Source: Saccostrea cucullata
Lineage: Eukaryota
Assembly: GCF_032062105.1 (NCBI RefSeq)
Contig: NW_026930674.1
Coordinates: 372,001 to 435,859 of the forward strand
DNA length: 63,859 bases
Direction of reading: 5' to 3'
A program made the position numbers and the translations under genes. The number at the start of each line of letters is the position of its first letter. The stretch's first letter is position 1. Positions 24,333 through 38,216 of this stretch are shown piece after piece. The notes beneath the pieces are model-generated. The model did not search any database and was not told the DNA's origin. It was given only the letters and a program-made list of their open reading frames with translations.

Positions 24333-27300
24333 TTAGGATTTCTTTCCTCTGAAGAACGAGAGGAAGCCAGACATTCTGGAATTGAGATCTGTGCGCTGTC
24401 TCTGTTTCTCAATGAAGCGTCGCCGGTCAGTGATAAATAACTTGGCTGTTTTATCCCAGCTGCTTCTTTCCACCAGTACCTATAACACAGAGAAAAGTGA
24501 AGATATTTCATTCGTTTATTTTAGAAGTAAACATTTCCATTTCTTGTGAATAAAAACCATGATTAAGAGTAATAGAAAAAAAGATTTTAAAAATTAAGAC
24601 TTTTACTGAGTGTAATTATATCAGGGGATAGATTAGCCCTATAGAAAAAATGCAAATAAAAAGATCTAGCTTAATTTTGAAATGAAATTCAGAGTTTGAC
24701 CATTTTTAATGTATGTGTTGTAAGTAAATCAGCCCATTGAATATAGCATTTTTTTAAGAGAAGGGAAAAATGATTAAAATAAACAGAGGTAAAATTTCCC
24801 TAAATATAAGCTGCAGTACTAGAGTTGGTGAAAAAAAGAGAGAAGACAATAATTTTACCTTGTAAGGTCCCTGTGTTTGTCTTGTTGGTCGTTTGATAGG
24901 CAGCATGATAGCAGGTTTAGAATCCACTGTGGTTGACATCTCCATTGGTGATATGGAGGAGAGATGGATGGCCACTTCTCCAGCAAAATCATCGGAGCCT
25001 ATCTTATCGTGATCCAAAATACTCAGCAGGAGGACTGCCCCCCTCACAGACATGTACTCACGGGGGACATTAGGGCTGTACAACAAAAACAAGTCTGTTA
25101 TTACCAGTGATATTCATCAACTCAACAACTGGGAATTTTAATTCACTTACTATTATAAAAACTTCAACAATTACATTATGCAAACCTTTTATGTTCAGTC
25201 TGATATATTTTAAAAAGTACTTATTTTAAATATACTATAAAAAGAATCACGTACAACTGAAAAGTAGTGTTGAACACAGGATTAAGGGTCTGCTCTAGAA
25301 CTTTGGTCTTTTGTGGTTTGTTGTGGCCAAACATTGTCTTTGGATAAAGGGAGACCACAACATAGGGGTCACTTAAACCCGAGTGGTCCAATCCGGGAAG
25401 GTCGGAGGCTCGAATCACTAACATGTCAGGAAAAATGACATTAGCGTCAGATTAAAAAAATTCATTTAAAGAAAAAAGTCATTTCTGATTCCTAATTTTA
25501 GCTGAATTTCAGCAATTAAGTTCAGTGTTTTCTGATTTTACCTTTAATAAAAATGGTAACATTTCCACGTGTTTCCTCTATATAAGACACCTTCACAGCA
25601 AGATTTCCCAGAAAATCAGATGTTAATGCCTCCTGCTTTACAGAGAGAAGTGACAAGTAAATTACATGTTCTAAAAAAAATATTACAATACCACAATATG
25701 CTGACTATTTCATCTCAAATTGTTTGTTGTACATGTTTTTATCAAACTATTTAAATAATAAATATCTCTCTTACATTTACAATGTCATCAGCAAGATTGT
25801 TGAAATACTCCAACATAAGTTCTTCTGTACTAAGAGCACTCAATTCCAGTCGGGCCTTTAATGCATTGTATTGCTCTGTCTGAATTTTGCTCTCTTCCAG
25901 GCCATCTTTGGCAAAGTAAGAGGTCAAGGCTCGTAAAAACTGAAAAAAAAATGTAAATTATATTTTGCTTAAATTATTATTCCTGTAATAATCTACAAAA
26001 ATTAAAAGGAAAAGCAAGTTTTGGGAACTTAGGATATATGTTTCATAAACTAACCTGCTTCATTTGAGAGTAATATTCAGGTCTTTCCTGAAAAAAATAA
26101 AGTAAAACACTGAATAAATACAGACTGGTATTAAAAAATCCTTGACAAAAGTAAATTAAAATGAGTGATTATAAATCAAGTACTTGTAAGTCAGTCATCA
26201 TGTAGATCCTCACCCCTATAAACACTTGTTCCTCCATAAGTTCTGTAATGGTCTTCCACAGTTCCTCTGTGATGTGTGGATACATGCTGTCAAACAGTCG
26301 CTCCTTCAGGGTACGTAAATTTGTGGACAAGTATTGGAACAGCTGATCAATGGACTAAAAAGAAATTTTATGTGTTTAAGTTATATGTTGTATTTTAATC
26401 ATACAAGTATATCAGTGCTAAAAATAAACTTTGTTTAACTGTAATTGTTGTACATATCTATTCTATAAGTAAATATACATGCTTTAGCATCTATTTCAAA
26501 AAATGTTTTGGGGGTACATACTGAAGCTTTTTCAGGAGTCTTCTGAGTAAATATTCCCATAAATCTAGCCATGTCTACTTTCATTTTCTCCACGATTTGT
26601 CGTATGAGGAGGGAACACTTGAGCAGTATTTCCTGTCCGGCTGAGGTGATGAGTCGAGTGAGCGTGGAGCTGGATTTGTTACCAATGTCATCGTTCTCAT
26701 GTTTGGTGGACAGAAGCATGCAGACAGATTCCCAGTCCAGCAGAACAGGAAGTTCCTTCAGGTACTGTCGCACATGCTCAATGTTGTTCAAAGTAATGCA
26801 AAGCTATAAAAGTAAAGATATACTCTAAATATTGTATTTGAACAAGGTATTGGCCATATTTGTTAGCCAAGGGTTATAATCTGCTCCTCTTCTGAATCAT
26901 ACACTTGGCTTATAAAGATGGAATTGGCTACAAATAGTTTTATTCAAATTTCAGTCAAAAATACTCTTTTCAATGTCTTCTATGTACATTTTGCTTACAT
27001 ATATATACAACATATAGATACTAGTACCTACCCTTTCTGTGATATCAAATTGTTCATCTCCATCGTCATAAAAATTACTCTTCTCCATCATTACGTGAAT
27101 CTTGTCTGTATACATTCTGGCTCCATCACAAATAAGCTGAAAAATAAACAGAAAAATAAAACAAAAGAACATCACAAAAGACTACAGAAGTTACTTACTT
27201 AAATATCATTAGTGGAACGTACTGGAATCAGGTTCTTTTTGATCTTATATAATTCCAAAACAATCACACTGGAATTTCAGCTGGGTCTTGATTTAAAAAT

Positions 27301-30300
27301 TAAATAAGTGGTCAACAGGTTACCAGTAAATAGATATAGATATGCAACCGAAGTGAATAGGATATACATATGTATTACTGATATAATACTTACATCCTTG
27401 TCACTCTCTTCTGTTAAATGTCTGTCATGAAATAGCAGCAAGAACAAAATCCACCTAAGAAAACAAAATCATATCAAATCTATGACATCCATGTCATTAA
27501 AACAGAATTACTATTGGACAATTATATGAAATAAATTTCAGAAATTTGACAAAAACTGGTGGTCCTGACATTTACACTGTAGAACAGAAACATCAATTTA
27601 TGTTAACACTGACTGGTGATATTTACCTGGTACCTGTGCAACTAACTCATGACACAGCTCTTTAATCACGTAGTTCCTTTTCCACATTGTCTTGCCAAAA
27701 CAGTGAGTTCATCTAATTGCACTGAATCTGCTAGCAGACCCGCCTATCTGATAGAGTCTCTCACCTTTCTTTCCACACAGAAGGAGTGAAGTAGCCGATC
27801 CACCAGGGTGTTTGATTTAAAAAGAACAGAAAAAAATGAACTGTGTCGTGTGGTCAGTCAAAACAGTGTATATACCAGTATCATGTATATTAAACAATTT
27901 GTTACCTGTATAGAGGTAAAATGTGCCCTACCTGTAGTTTTTTGAGGATTTTCTGGGTAAGTGGACTGTGTGGAGAAGATGGAATAGGTCCAGTTATACA
28001 CACATAATACTTAAAATCATCCTTGTCAACTTTTTACCTTGTAATCTGTGCTCTCTCTATTGTCAAGGTAAGGAGGGTTTATGTTGTTGTCCATTCGGTT
28101 CTAAATGTCTGTAACCAGAACACCAGAGCATCCAGAAACCAGTCCTGGTACTGATGAATGGTCAACCGGAACACATCCCTGTCATAATATAAACGGAAGA
28201 ATTACTCATAAGAAAGACAAAATCAAATCAAATCTGAACACATCCATGTCATTATAAACAGAAGAATTACTAAAAATGGACAATTATATGAAATAAATTA
28301 TCAGAAATTTGACAAAAATGTGAATTAGAATGGTACCTTCTGCTGACATTATCCCTAACGACACTGTAGAACTTTTTAGCTGCGAAGAACATTCTGAGGG
28401 CAAGTCGACAACTGTAAGTGATGTTAACACTGAACTGGTGATATTTACGCTGGTACAAATCTAACTCATGACACAGCTCTTTAATCAGCGAACTGATCTG
28501 TTAAAAAATATCATTAAAATATAGTTTTCCCCCTTTCCAAGAGGTTGAAATAGACATTTAATTCTTGATAAAACACTACATGCTTATAATTTCAGTACAG
28601 TCTACTGCATTCACTGAATCTGCTAGCAGACCCAGCTATTATATAAAGTCTCTCACCTTTCTTTCCACACAGAAGGAGACAATTCTGAAGTAGCCGATCC
28701 CCAGGGTGTTGTACAGGTTATTGACCACACCCATAGGGAGGCAGTGGGAGGATAACACACAAATTGCAATAGATCAGCTCCACAAGGGCATTTCACAATC
28801 TTCTTCCGGGGAAGGCCATATTTGACTGGGTCCAGTTGAATTTCTTTCACCGTATATATGTCTGTCTAGAACAAAATCAGAAAAATTGAATTTGAGGAAA
28901 AATGTGTCCTACCTTAATATAAACCCTTCTATCTTTAAAAGTTAAAATCTAGGCATTTGCAACGTGTAGACCTTTGACCTGGAATTTCAGTCAAGGTCAT
29001 GGTCATTTCAATGCTTTTAAATTTTCATTTTCCATTTAAAGGTGAAAGTAAAGAAGTAATATACAGGAGTTATGCACACAATTTCATTTGCCTTGAAAAA
29101 AAAAGCATTTCTATTTTCGCCTCTCTGTACACAAAGTCTATTTATGGTCTCTCATTTGTTAGTTATAGAAATTTTAAGGACCTAGTCAAAATGTGGTACA
29201 CTAACTGTTATATACTCGCCTATCTCTTCCGCCTATAAGTTTGTTACCTGTATAGAGGTAAAATGTGCCCTATTCCATTGTTGTAGTTAACAATTTTGAA
29301 ATGGATATTTAATTTTAAATCATGAAACAAAAAGTCAATCAAGTGGATTAAAATTATTGTATATAGATGATTTGGAATCATAAATAATCACATATATTCA
29401 GACATTTTCCAACAGAAATGAATACACACACTGGAACAGGAAGGACAAACCAGACCAATATTTAACTCCCAAAATACCGACTTATAGGTAAGTAATCGGT
29501 AGTCATCAATAATAACCTTGGATTGTGCAGCAAGTAAATATAGTACATGTAACTTTTTATACCATTGTGCTCAATCTGATTTCATGGATAATTATTCTCT
29601 GATGTTTGTCCACAAAAACTTTAATTTCATAACTTTTGCCCATAAATTTTGATTTAGTGGAGATGACTTTGTTCATATATGTGTCCATATTTTATGGGAA
29701 TAACCCTCCTCCTTCATAAATTATGTTGTTGTCCAGTTTGTCAGCCATAATATTTTGAACCCCCTCCCTCATAAATAAGAAGGTGGAGATTATGGCCATT
29801 TTTTGCCCCCCTCCCTTACAATTTAAAGGGCAGGGGGAGCTCGTCTCATAATTACATCATTAACTGTAACAAGAGATTACCAACTTTAATGCATGAAGTA
29901 AAGTTTAATGATATATACAGTATTTCTTTTTTAAAATTCAGATGATTCAGTCCTCACTTCTGAAAGGGCGTCAATATTTTATGGTAATGGGCATTTTTTG
30001 GCCATAATATTTTGAACCCCCCTCCCTCTAAAAGAGCAAGGTGAGATGTAAAAGGGACGGGGACTCAATATTTTACTGTTTGGAGGCAATATTTTATGGA
30101 TCATAAATTAAAAGGGCTGAAGTTCCTGTAAAGCCACCTGGAGGGCCTGGTCAACTGTGGTGATGTCATCATGGCAATATATGTATCAAAATATTATGCT
30201 ACAGGACCACTCTGACGGGAATATTTATCTTGTTGAAAAAGACGTTACAGTGAATGTGTCTCAAAAAATATTGTATGAAAAACTCAGAATTTTAAAACAC

Positions 30301-33300
30301 ACAGTTTGTAAACTTTTTAAAAAATATATTAAACATTTGAAATGAAAACATAATCTTGCTAAAGCTGAGACCTTCAAAGTGAGTAAACATGTTTAAGTAG
30401 CAAAACTTAAATGGCAAACTCTTAGAAAAATTTATCTATTATTAAGGAACGTCTCATCTGTCCTTAATTCTAAACTCACATCAAAATTTGAGATAACTTA
30501 GAGATTCCGTATGACTGAGCAAACAAATCTAAGATTCTACTGTCCTGTTTGTTGAGGTAGGGATCCAGAGGAGCATTCTCCTGTCAAGTAAAACATTTAG
30601 AAATGGCATTTTTTTCGTGATCATCAGCAAAATATATAAATGTAAATTAATTAACACAACAAAACAAACTCATCTACTTAGTTTTACATCTACAGATGTG
30701 GAATTTTATTTCAAAATGAGTTATCTCCCTTGGAGCAGTGTGATATCTTACCTCCAGGCCTTTAATGGCGTGTTTGTAGAACTGTTCTGCAGCCTGGTAG
30801 TAATCTTCTACTGAAAATGGCTGACTGCCGGTCTGAGAACTCTGGTATAAAAAAGATCAGATTAATTCATCTTTGAAAAATCAAAAAAATATAATGTTTT
30901 TAGCATTGTTTATAAAAAAAACTATTGATTAATTGTAGAATCACAAATTTATATACCTGCTGATGAGATAGATGAACTTTGATGTGACATTTTCCCCAAG
31001 AGAGTTTGCTTCCTTTAGAGGTGGGGCTTGTAATATCCCACCACCAATCACAGCCCTGAGCAGGAATCTCCTACAAATATAACAAATAACCAATTATAAT
31101 ACATCCCTTTATCATAAGTGGGAGATACATATTAAAATATCAGCTTGGTGTTAAGTTTTTGAATGATTTTAGTGTTGGTTATGATGAGGAGTGGGAAAAG
31201 AGGGGGGTATCTGAGGTTATCTGTAATAATTAAATTTTTACCCTCACTGGAATGATGACCTTGCCAAACAAATGCTGGTCTAGCCGGTCATGGTCACTGA
31301 CATGAAGGACATTCTTCAACAAGCTGTAAAACATCAATAAATGACTTAATATAACGGCTAAATGATGAAAATAAATTCTAAGGTCTTCAATAAATAATGT
31401 CTCTAGGAGTGTAGAGCTTTGTAACCCAAGTAAGACATTACAGCAAAATTGGAAAAAGAGATCATATTTATTATTGTAAATTTTCTAATACTACATGTGA
31501 GCAACTTGAGCGGAATTTTTAATCCCCCACATGAAAAGTTGGAAATTGTGTGCGGGTGGCTGTTAATTTAATAAATTAAGTTCTCAGGTATAGGTGCTTT
31601 ACAGTACTATAGCACTATATTGTTTGTGTGAATTGTAAGATATCTCACCTTGACAAAACATGAAGCCTGTCATGGTGGGGTTTTTCTGCTCCGATTTCTG
31701 GATCTTGGTTACAAATAAATAAATGTATTTCATCTGTTAGCATATCTTCTAAAGACCTACAATGCAGAAGATTTTCACATAATGACGTTTTCTTTACATT
31801 AATCCATTACATATCATTCCAGTTAGTGTGCATTCCATTATGTTTGAATGGGTTGCTAATTTTTGTTATTCAAAAATGATAGATCCCCTTGTTGTGAAAT
31901 TGTATCCAGGACAGAATTCTCATGTACAAATCTAAATATAATTTTACAGAGATTACTGAATGTTGACTGATTAATGCATCTGTAAGTTCTTATATTGGAA
32001 CTGCACAGATTACTGAATGTTGACTGATTAGGCCTAGAAAAAAAATATGTTTGTTTCCGCTTTCCCGACCGACCCTAATTTATAGTGTCGACCCTAAATA
32101 TTTTTTTAATGCTTTTGTCCCATGATGTGCAAGATTTCAACCAGGGAATTATAGCCTCAAACTTTGCAAGCTTTTCAAGACAGAAAGAAGTTTGGGTCAC
32201 CTTTCTATTATAAGTTAAGTCACAGTAATGCTTGAAAAGACCATTTCTTTTGTCATTAATATTACTTCTATACACATTTTGATTAAAGAAGCAAAAAAAA
32301 TTTTTTCAAAAAAAAAAAAAAATTGCCTACCTACCTACCCTATATTTTTTCAGCCTGAAAGCGGAAACAAACATTTTTTTTTTTCTAGGCCTTGTTAATC
32401 CATCAGACTGAGTAAGCTCTTACAGTTGGAACTGCATAGATTACTGAATGTTGACTGATTATTAATCCATCAGTAAGCTCTTACAGCTAGAACTGCACAG
32501 ATTACTGAATGTTGACTGATTATTAATCCATCAGTAAGCTCTTACAGTTGGAATTCCTCATTCCACTGGGGATCCATCGTGTGTTTGGCCGTGTTTGTCT
32601 TCATCATTTCCTCCACTTCCGTGGGGAGGGTGGCTGAGTGCTTCTTCAGCTGGGGTGAGGATTTCGGGGAGGGTTTGGGTGAGGTCTTTGGGGAGAATGA
32701 AGAATTTCGTTGTAGCGGATGATAGATGTTCAGGAGGCAGTAAGGATTGCAGTTCTCTTTAATAAAAATGTTTTCATTTTTATAATTATTTGTTATAAGA
32801 GCAGGCTTGGGGATGTTCAACATGAAAGGCTAATATAACATTCCATCAAATGTTTTTTTTCTCAAAGCAAGCACTAATTTGAATGGGATGTGGAATAAAT
32901 AACTTTTAATTGCATTCTATTTTTAAGAAAATAAATTTAAACGCATGGTACCTAGAGCATCTGTATGAAGGCCTTTGGCCTCTATGATGCATATATTGGC
33001 CTGGATAGCGTGGGGTCGATGGAACATTTCTTGTCGAATGTAGAATTCCTGTTCATCTTGATTCACCTCAAACACCTACAAATGGCGTACAAGCACTTAC
33101 AACTTCCTGTCTTTGTGAGAGTCCATTAAAGGAAACCTATTAACATAATGTTACAGTGGCCCACTTCCATGGATAAACATAGGCATTGCATGGTGCCAGA
33201 AATTATCAGTGTGATCTCTGTGATTTTTACACACTATACAAGTATTTAAAAAAAAGGTACCGATCATTAAAAAAACAACAATGCTCTACATGCATTGAGT

Positions 33301-36300
33301 AAATATTTAAACTTTTCAATGACAAAAAAGTGTAATGTATGCAATTTAAGTGACATTTTGTGAATATTTTTCACTGAACGAATCATTTTTAGCAAGTTTT
33401 TATTCAACAAAATAGATAAACCTTTACAATATTGGCTGTAAAAGGGCAGATCTTTACTGCCTGACACAGACTGTGTACAGACCCTAATGTCACAGCTAAA
33501 TGTCATCTGGGACTATATATATATAAATACTATTACTTATATAAAGATATCATTACTGACCTATAAATAACGAGGATCACATGTTAAAAAAAAGATCAAA
33601 AAACGATCAAGCAGCAATTAAAGCACATGTTAACTAATTTAAAAGCAAGTTTAAAATTTAATAGGTTTGATCATGAATATGACAAACATAATATTAAAAA
33701 AAAAAAGTAGACAAAAATTTCATCTTTCAAGTTCAACAAACAAAATAAAATTATTTTGTGTTTACCAGTGGTTGCATGGTGAGAAATTTTTATTACAGCA
33801 TTTACAGACATTAACACCTACTACTTTGATAAATGCTTTTTTATTTAAAGAATATAAAGTAGAAACAAACAGAAACCCGGTCATATTATCCTGGTTGAGA
33901 AAATAAAATTTAATGTTCTTCTACTGAAATCATTTGTTGAATTATATTTCCAATACATAAAAGGTTACAGCATGTGGATGTCTGCCATGTTTGTATAAAG
34001 TTCTACGGAAATGTATCAATCAATAATAGCAACTCAACAAATCATTTGATTATGAAAAAGAAACTGCTAACTATATATATGTCTTCATTCTAAGGTTTTC
34101 ACTCTTTTTTTTTGGTTTGGTGTTCATATATACATGTATCAGCATAAGTCTCACAATTGGAGTATTCTCTATGTCCGTTTTTTAAACATCTTTTCTTGAG
34201 ACTTACTTGAAACTCTGGTTGAAATTGGCTTGAATTTGCTATTTAAGTTGAAACTGACCTCTTTTAGTCTGTGAATTAGGTCACCAGGTCGGAGTCCCGT
34301 GGTGACGTCCGGGTTACCCAGTGGATGCAGCAGACAGCGGAGAATCCCACAGTACACATTCTCATTCTGTAAACAACAAAAAAACTTATTAAAATATATA
34401 TATATCCACAAATCTCATGAAGAAAGCTTTTTCTAATACCCTATGAAAATCAGGAGGACTTCCGACTTATTAATTCCAATATTCCAAGATCTAGATTGAA
34501 TTTTTCAATTGTCTGAAGGTGACAGTTAATCAGAACCTCTATCTCCCCCACTGTAAGACTCCCAGCAGAGGAACTTCTGTCCCTCTCAAAGTCAAACTCC
34601 ACACTGGACTCATCAGAAGTCCGACGATTGCTGTGGTAGGATTTCCTCCGAAGTCTTTTGGAAAACTTTCTCCTTAGTCTCGATAGTATTCCATTTGTAG
34701 AACTTAAAGAATTCCCTGGGGAAGGGGGTAAACTACCAGTATAAGAATAATGAGGGGTGAGGGAACCACTCCCTAAATATTCCAAGGAATCGGTTGGCAA
34801 ACTATTTGATTTTTTCATCGTCATAACTGCATGTTCCTCTCGCTATGTGCAGTTTCTTCTGTGTACGTGCTATTTTTACTTCTACCCTTGTTTTAAGATT
34901 ACCACTAAGGGTGGGGAATCTCTTTGGTTTGTAAACAGGTGCTCCTACGTCTAACTATAAATCAGTCCTATAAATCTTACACTGCATTCCACTTTGATTA
35001 AGAAGTGTTTGTCTAAGGATCTGCTAGATTTCCTGAATGTGAGAGATCATACCTCTGTCTCGCAGATATTTAAATAAATTTACCTAAGCAACCATTCAGA
35101 TTGATTAATCTTTTCAGAAAGTAGCACATTAAAATCAAATTAATTGATGTGGCATTTAAGATGATATGTTTGTAAGAAGTTTCTTTCTAGATACATTTAA
35201 ATCCTTTTTACAATTTCAATAAAAGGAACATACTTTGGTACCTTGGTTTTCTGACCGTTAGTGATAGAAATATTTTTATAATATCTAATACATACTTTTA
35301 CATGCATGTAATTATTTACAACAAGATAAGAATTATAAAAATTTTACAAAAATGTTTTGATGACAATTGACATTTTAACACGGGCCAAATGTACTTTTAA
35401 TTTCTATTTTTCATCAGCAAGCAATAAGAATTCAGGATCATAAAAAAAATATTTTTCGTGCTTTATAGTAATGGGTCATTATCAGGTAAAATTCAGAGGA
35501 TCCCCTTTTCTGCTGTTATTAAGAAGTCCCATGATAACCCAACAGAAGGGTGCATGATTGGGATTGGGAGCTTAAACATTTTTATTTAAGTTTATAAAAT
35601 TTGTAAATGTAAAAGTTTATACATTAACCAAGAAACTATATCCTATTTGTAAGTTTGTTTTTGTTGTTTCTCCATGGGTGGATGTGTACTATTAACCAAA
35701 CATTACGTCATGGTTGAGGGCTCCGTGCCTCAACTTCAAAGACAAAAAACCGGAACTGATTTCAAAATAGTGGTTTTATTTTTTTTTTATGCTTATGAGA
35801 AAAAATGCCAGTATTTCTATTGGCAGACCCAATCATATTTGATAAATAAAAATATATGTCATTTCTGTTGTTAACTTCCTTTCCTGTATATTACTTTATT
35901 TACTACATGTCAGATGATTGATGGTAGGTACCTACATGAATATACTCCTATTAACATTTTTGTACTTGAAACATTTTAGTGCTTTGTAAACCCCCCCCCT
36001 CCTTCCCATTCCACCCCCCTCCCAAGAGGGGGTATATGTTAGGTGATGATACGAGTTGCTGTAAAAAGTCTCTCTTTTGTCCTTTTTTTTAGTACTAGTT
36101 TTATTTCACTGAGACGAGGAAATTAAATACAGTCAAACTTTGTTACCTCAAACTTAATGACACCAAGAAAAACTTCCAAGATTTCTGAGGATTCAAGATA
36201 TCTAGTAGGGTAAAATACTGAAAGAATAAATGGTTGGAAATGTGAAACACTTCAACATCTTCATGGTATTTGAGTTATCAGTGTTTGACATACCATGACA

Positions 36301-37250
36301 AGGTTATCATTCTAAAATAAAATGTTACACAACAATTATTTAGTCACACCCAGCTACTGAAGCTGTCTAGACATTTGAGTCAGTACAATATCAGTGCTTT
36401 AGTAAGAAATCAGCTTACATAATATTGTATCTCTATATTAGACTTTTATAGATAAAAACTTATGAAATTTCCTCACGTGAGTAATTCTGTTAAAATTTAT
36501 TGTCGATTAATTTTCTACAAAAAACATACATGTAATTACATTTTATGCATTATACTTTAAGGAATTTTTTGTTTGTAGTGCCCACAAAGATAAATATGTT
36601 TGGTTTTATAAACTATCCTTCCTCCTAAACTTTAAATTGTTTCTTATGGGTCTTGGAATCTCTTTCCCTTCTCTTTGAAAATTCCCCAAGGTATTAGATA
36701 TGAAAACCTCTAAAAAGTTTGCATGTGTTCCAAAAAATTCCTTTGCTAAAAAATCACCAATATTTACACCAAATAAGAAGTTGAATAAATTTTTAAATAT
36801 GGAATTTGTTATAATGGCAATGATACTATAAGGACCACTTTCCAGACTCAAAAAGCAAAATGTTTGAAAAAGAAGAAAGGATGGAGGGGGAAGGTGGCTC
36901 AAAGCCCTGGCCCAAGGATTTTGAAGCGATTTTAGTCTTATACATTATAAGTCAGAATTTGTACATTGTCTTTGGGGCATATTTTAGAAAACATGTAAAA
37001 TTAACTTTCAAATGTTATTTCATTTTCTTTATTTTAAATTTTGTTTCAATTTTCAAGTGTCAGGATAAATAAAAGGTATTCATTTTACTAATGATAACAA
37101 GAGGCCCAGGGGCCACAGTGCTCACCTGAGCACATCTGGCTTGAGGCGTTCATCATTTGTTAAAATTAGGCCCCACCCTTGCCCCGGGGGTCATGATTTG
37201 AACAAACTTGAATCTACACTACCTGAGGATGAATCGACATGAATCTTTCC

Positions 37251-37284
<34 letters not shown>

Positions 37285-37417
37285 GATTTTTCTTATATAT
37301 TCCTATGTAAAACTTGGGTCGGCCATTTTGGCCCCACCCTTGCCCCGGGGAGTCATGATTTGAATAAACTTGAATCTACACTACCTGAGGATGAATCCAC
37401 ATGAGTTTCATATTTCC

Positions 37418-37451
<34 letters not shown>

Positions 37452-37780
37452 GATTTTTCTTATATATTCTATGTAAAATTCGGCCATTTTGGCCCCAAAC
37501 AATTTCCACAAGTCTTTCTGGCCCAGTGGTTCTGGAGAAGAAAAGATTTTTCCTATATATTCCTATAAAAATTGTATGCCCCGGGGGTCATGAAATTTTA
37601 CTACCTGAGGATGATTCCACATGAGTTTCATTTTTCCTGGCCCAGTGGTTCTATTTTTAAAAAATATTCCTATGTAAAACTAGGGTCGGCCATTTTGGCC
37701 CCACCCTTGCCCCGGGGGTCATGATTTGAATAAACTTGAATCTAACTATGAGGATGATTCCACATGAGTTTCATTTTTCC

Positions 37781-37814
<34 letters not shown>

Positions 37815-38093
37815 GATTTTTCCTATATATTCCTATGTAAAACTTGGGTCGGCCATTTTGGCCCCACCCTTTCATAAAAAGTACATTAGGATGATTCCAC
37901 ATGAGTTTCATCTTTCCTGGCCCATGGAGAAGAAGATTTTTAAAGATTTTTCCTATATAATAAAACTTTGGTCGGCCATTTTGGCCCCATATGAAACAAA
38001 CTTGAATCTACACTACCTGAGGATGCTTACATGAATGGCCCAGCGGTTCTGGAGAAGAAGATTTTTTAAAAATGCCATTAATACAAATTCATG

Positions 38094-38140
<47 letters not shown>

Positions 38141-38178
38141 AAAAATACTCTGTGCCAGTTTGGTTGAAATTGGCCCAT

Positions 38179-38216
<38 letters not shown>

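Noticed and set aside
24311-24511. ORF-track peptide YWWKEAAG.. as the last exon
   Set aside because: Wrong frame. Phase-0 splicing gives VLVERSSWDK..FRGKKS* ending at 24333.
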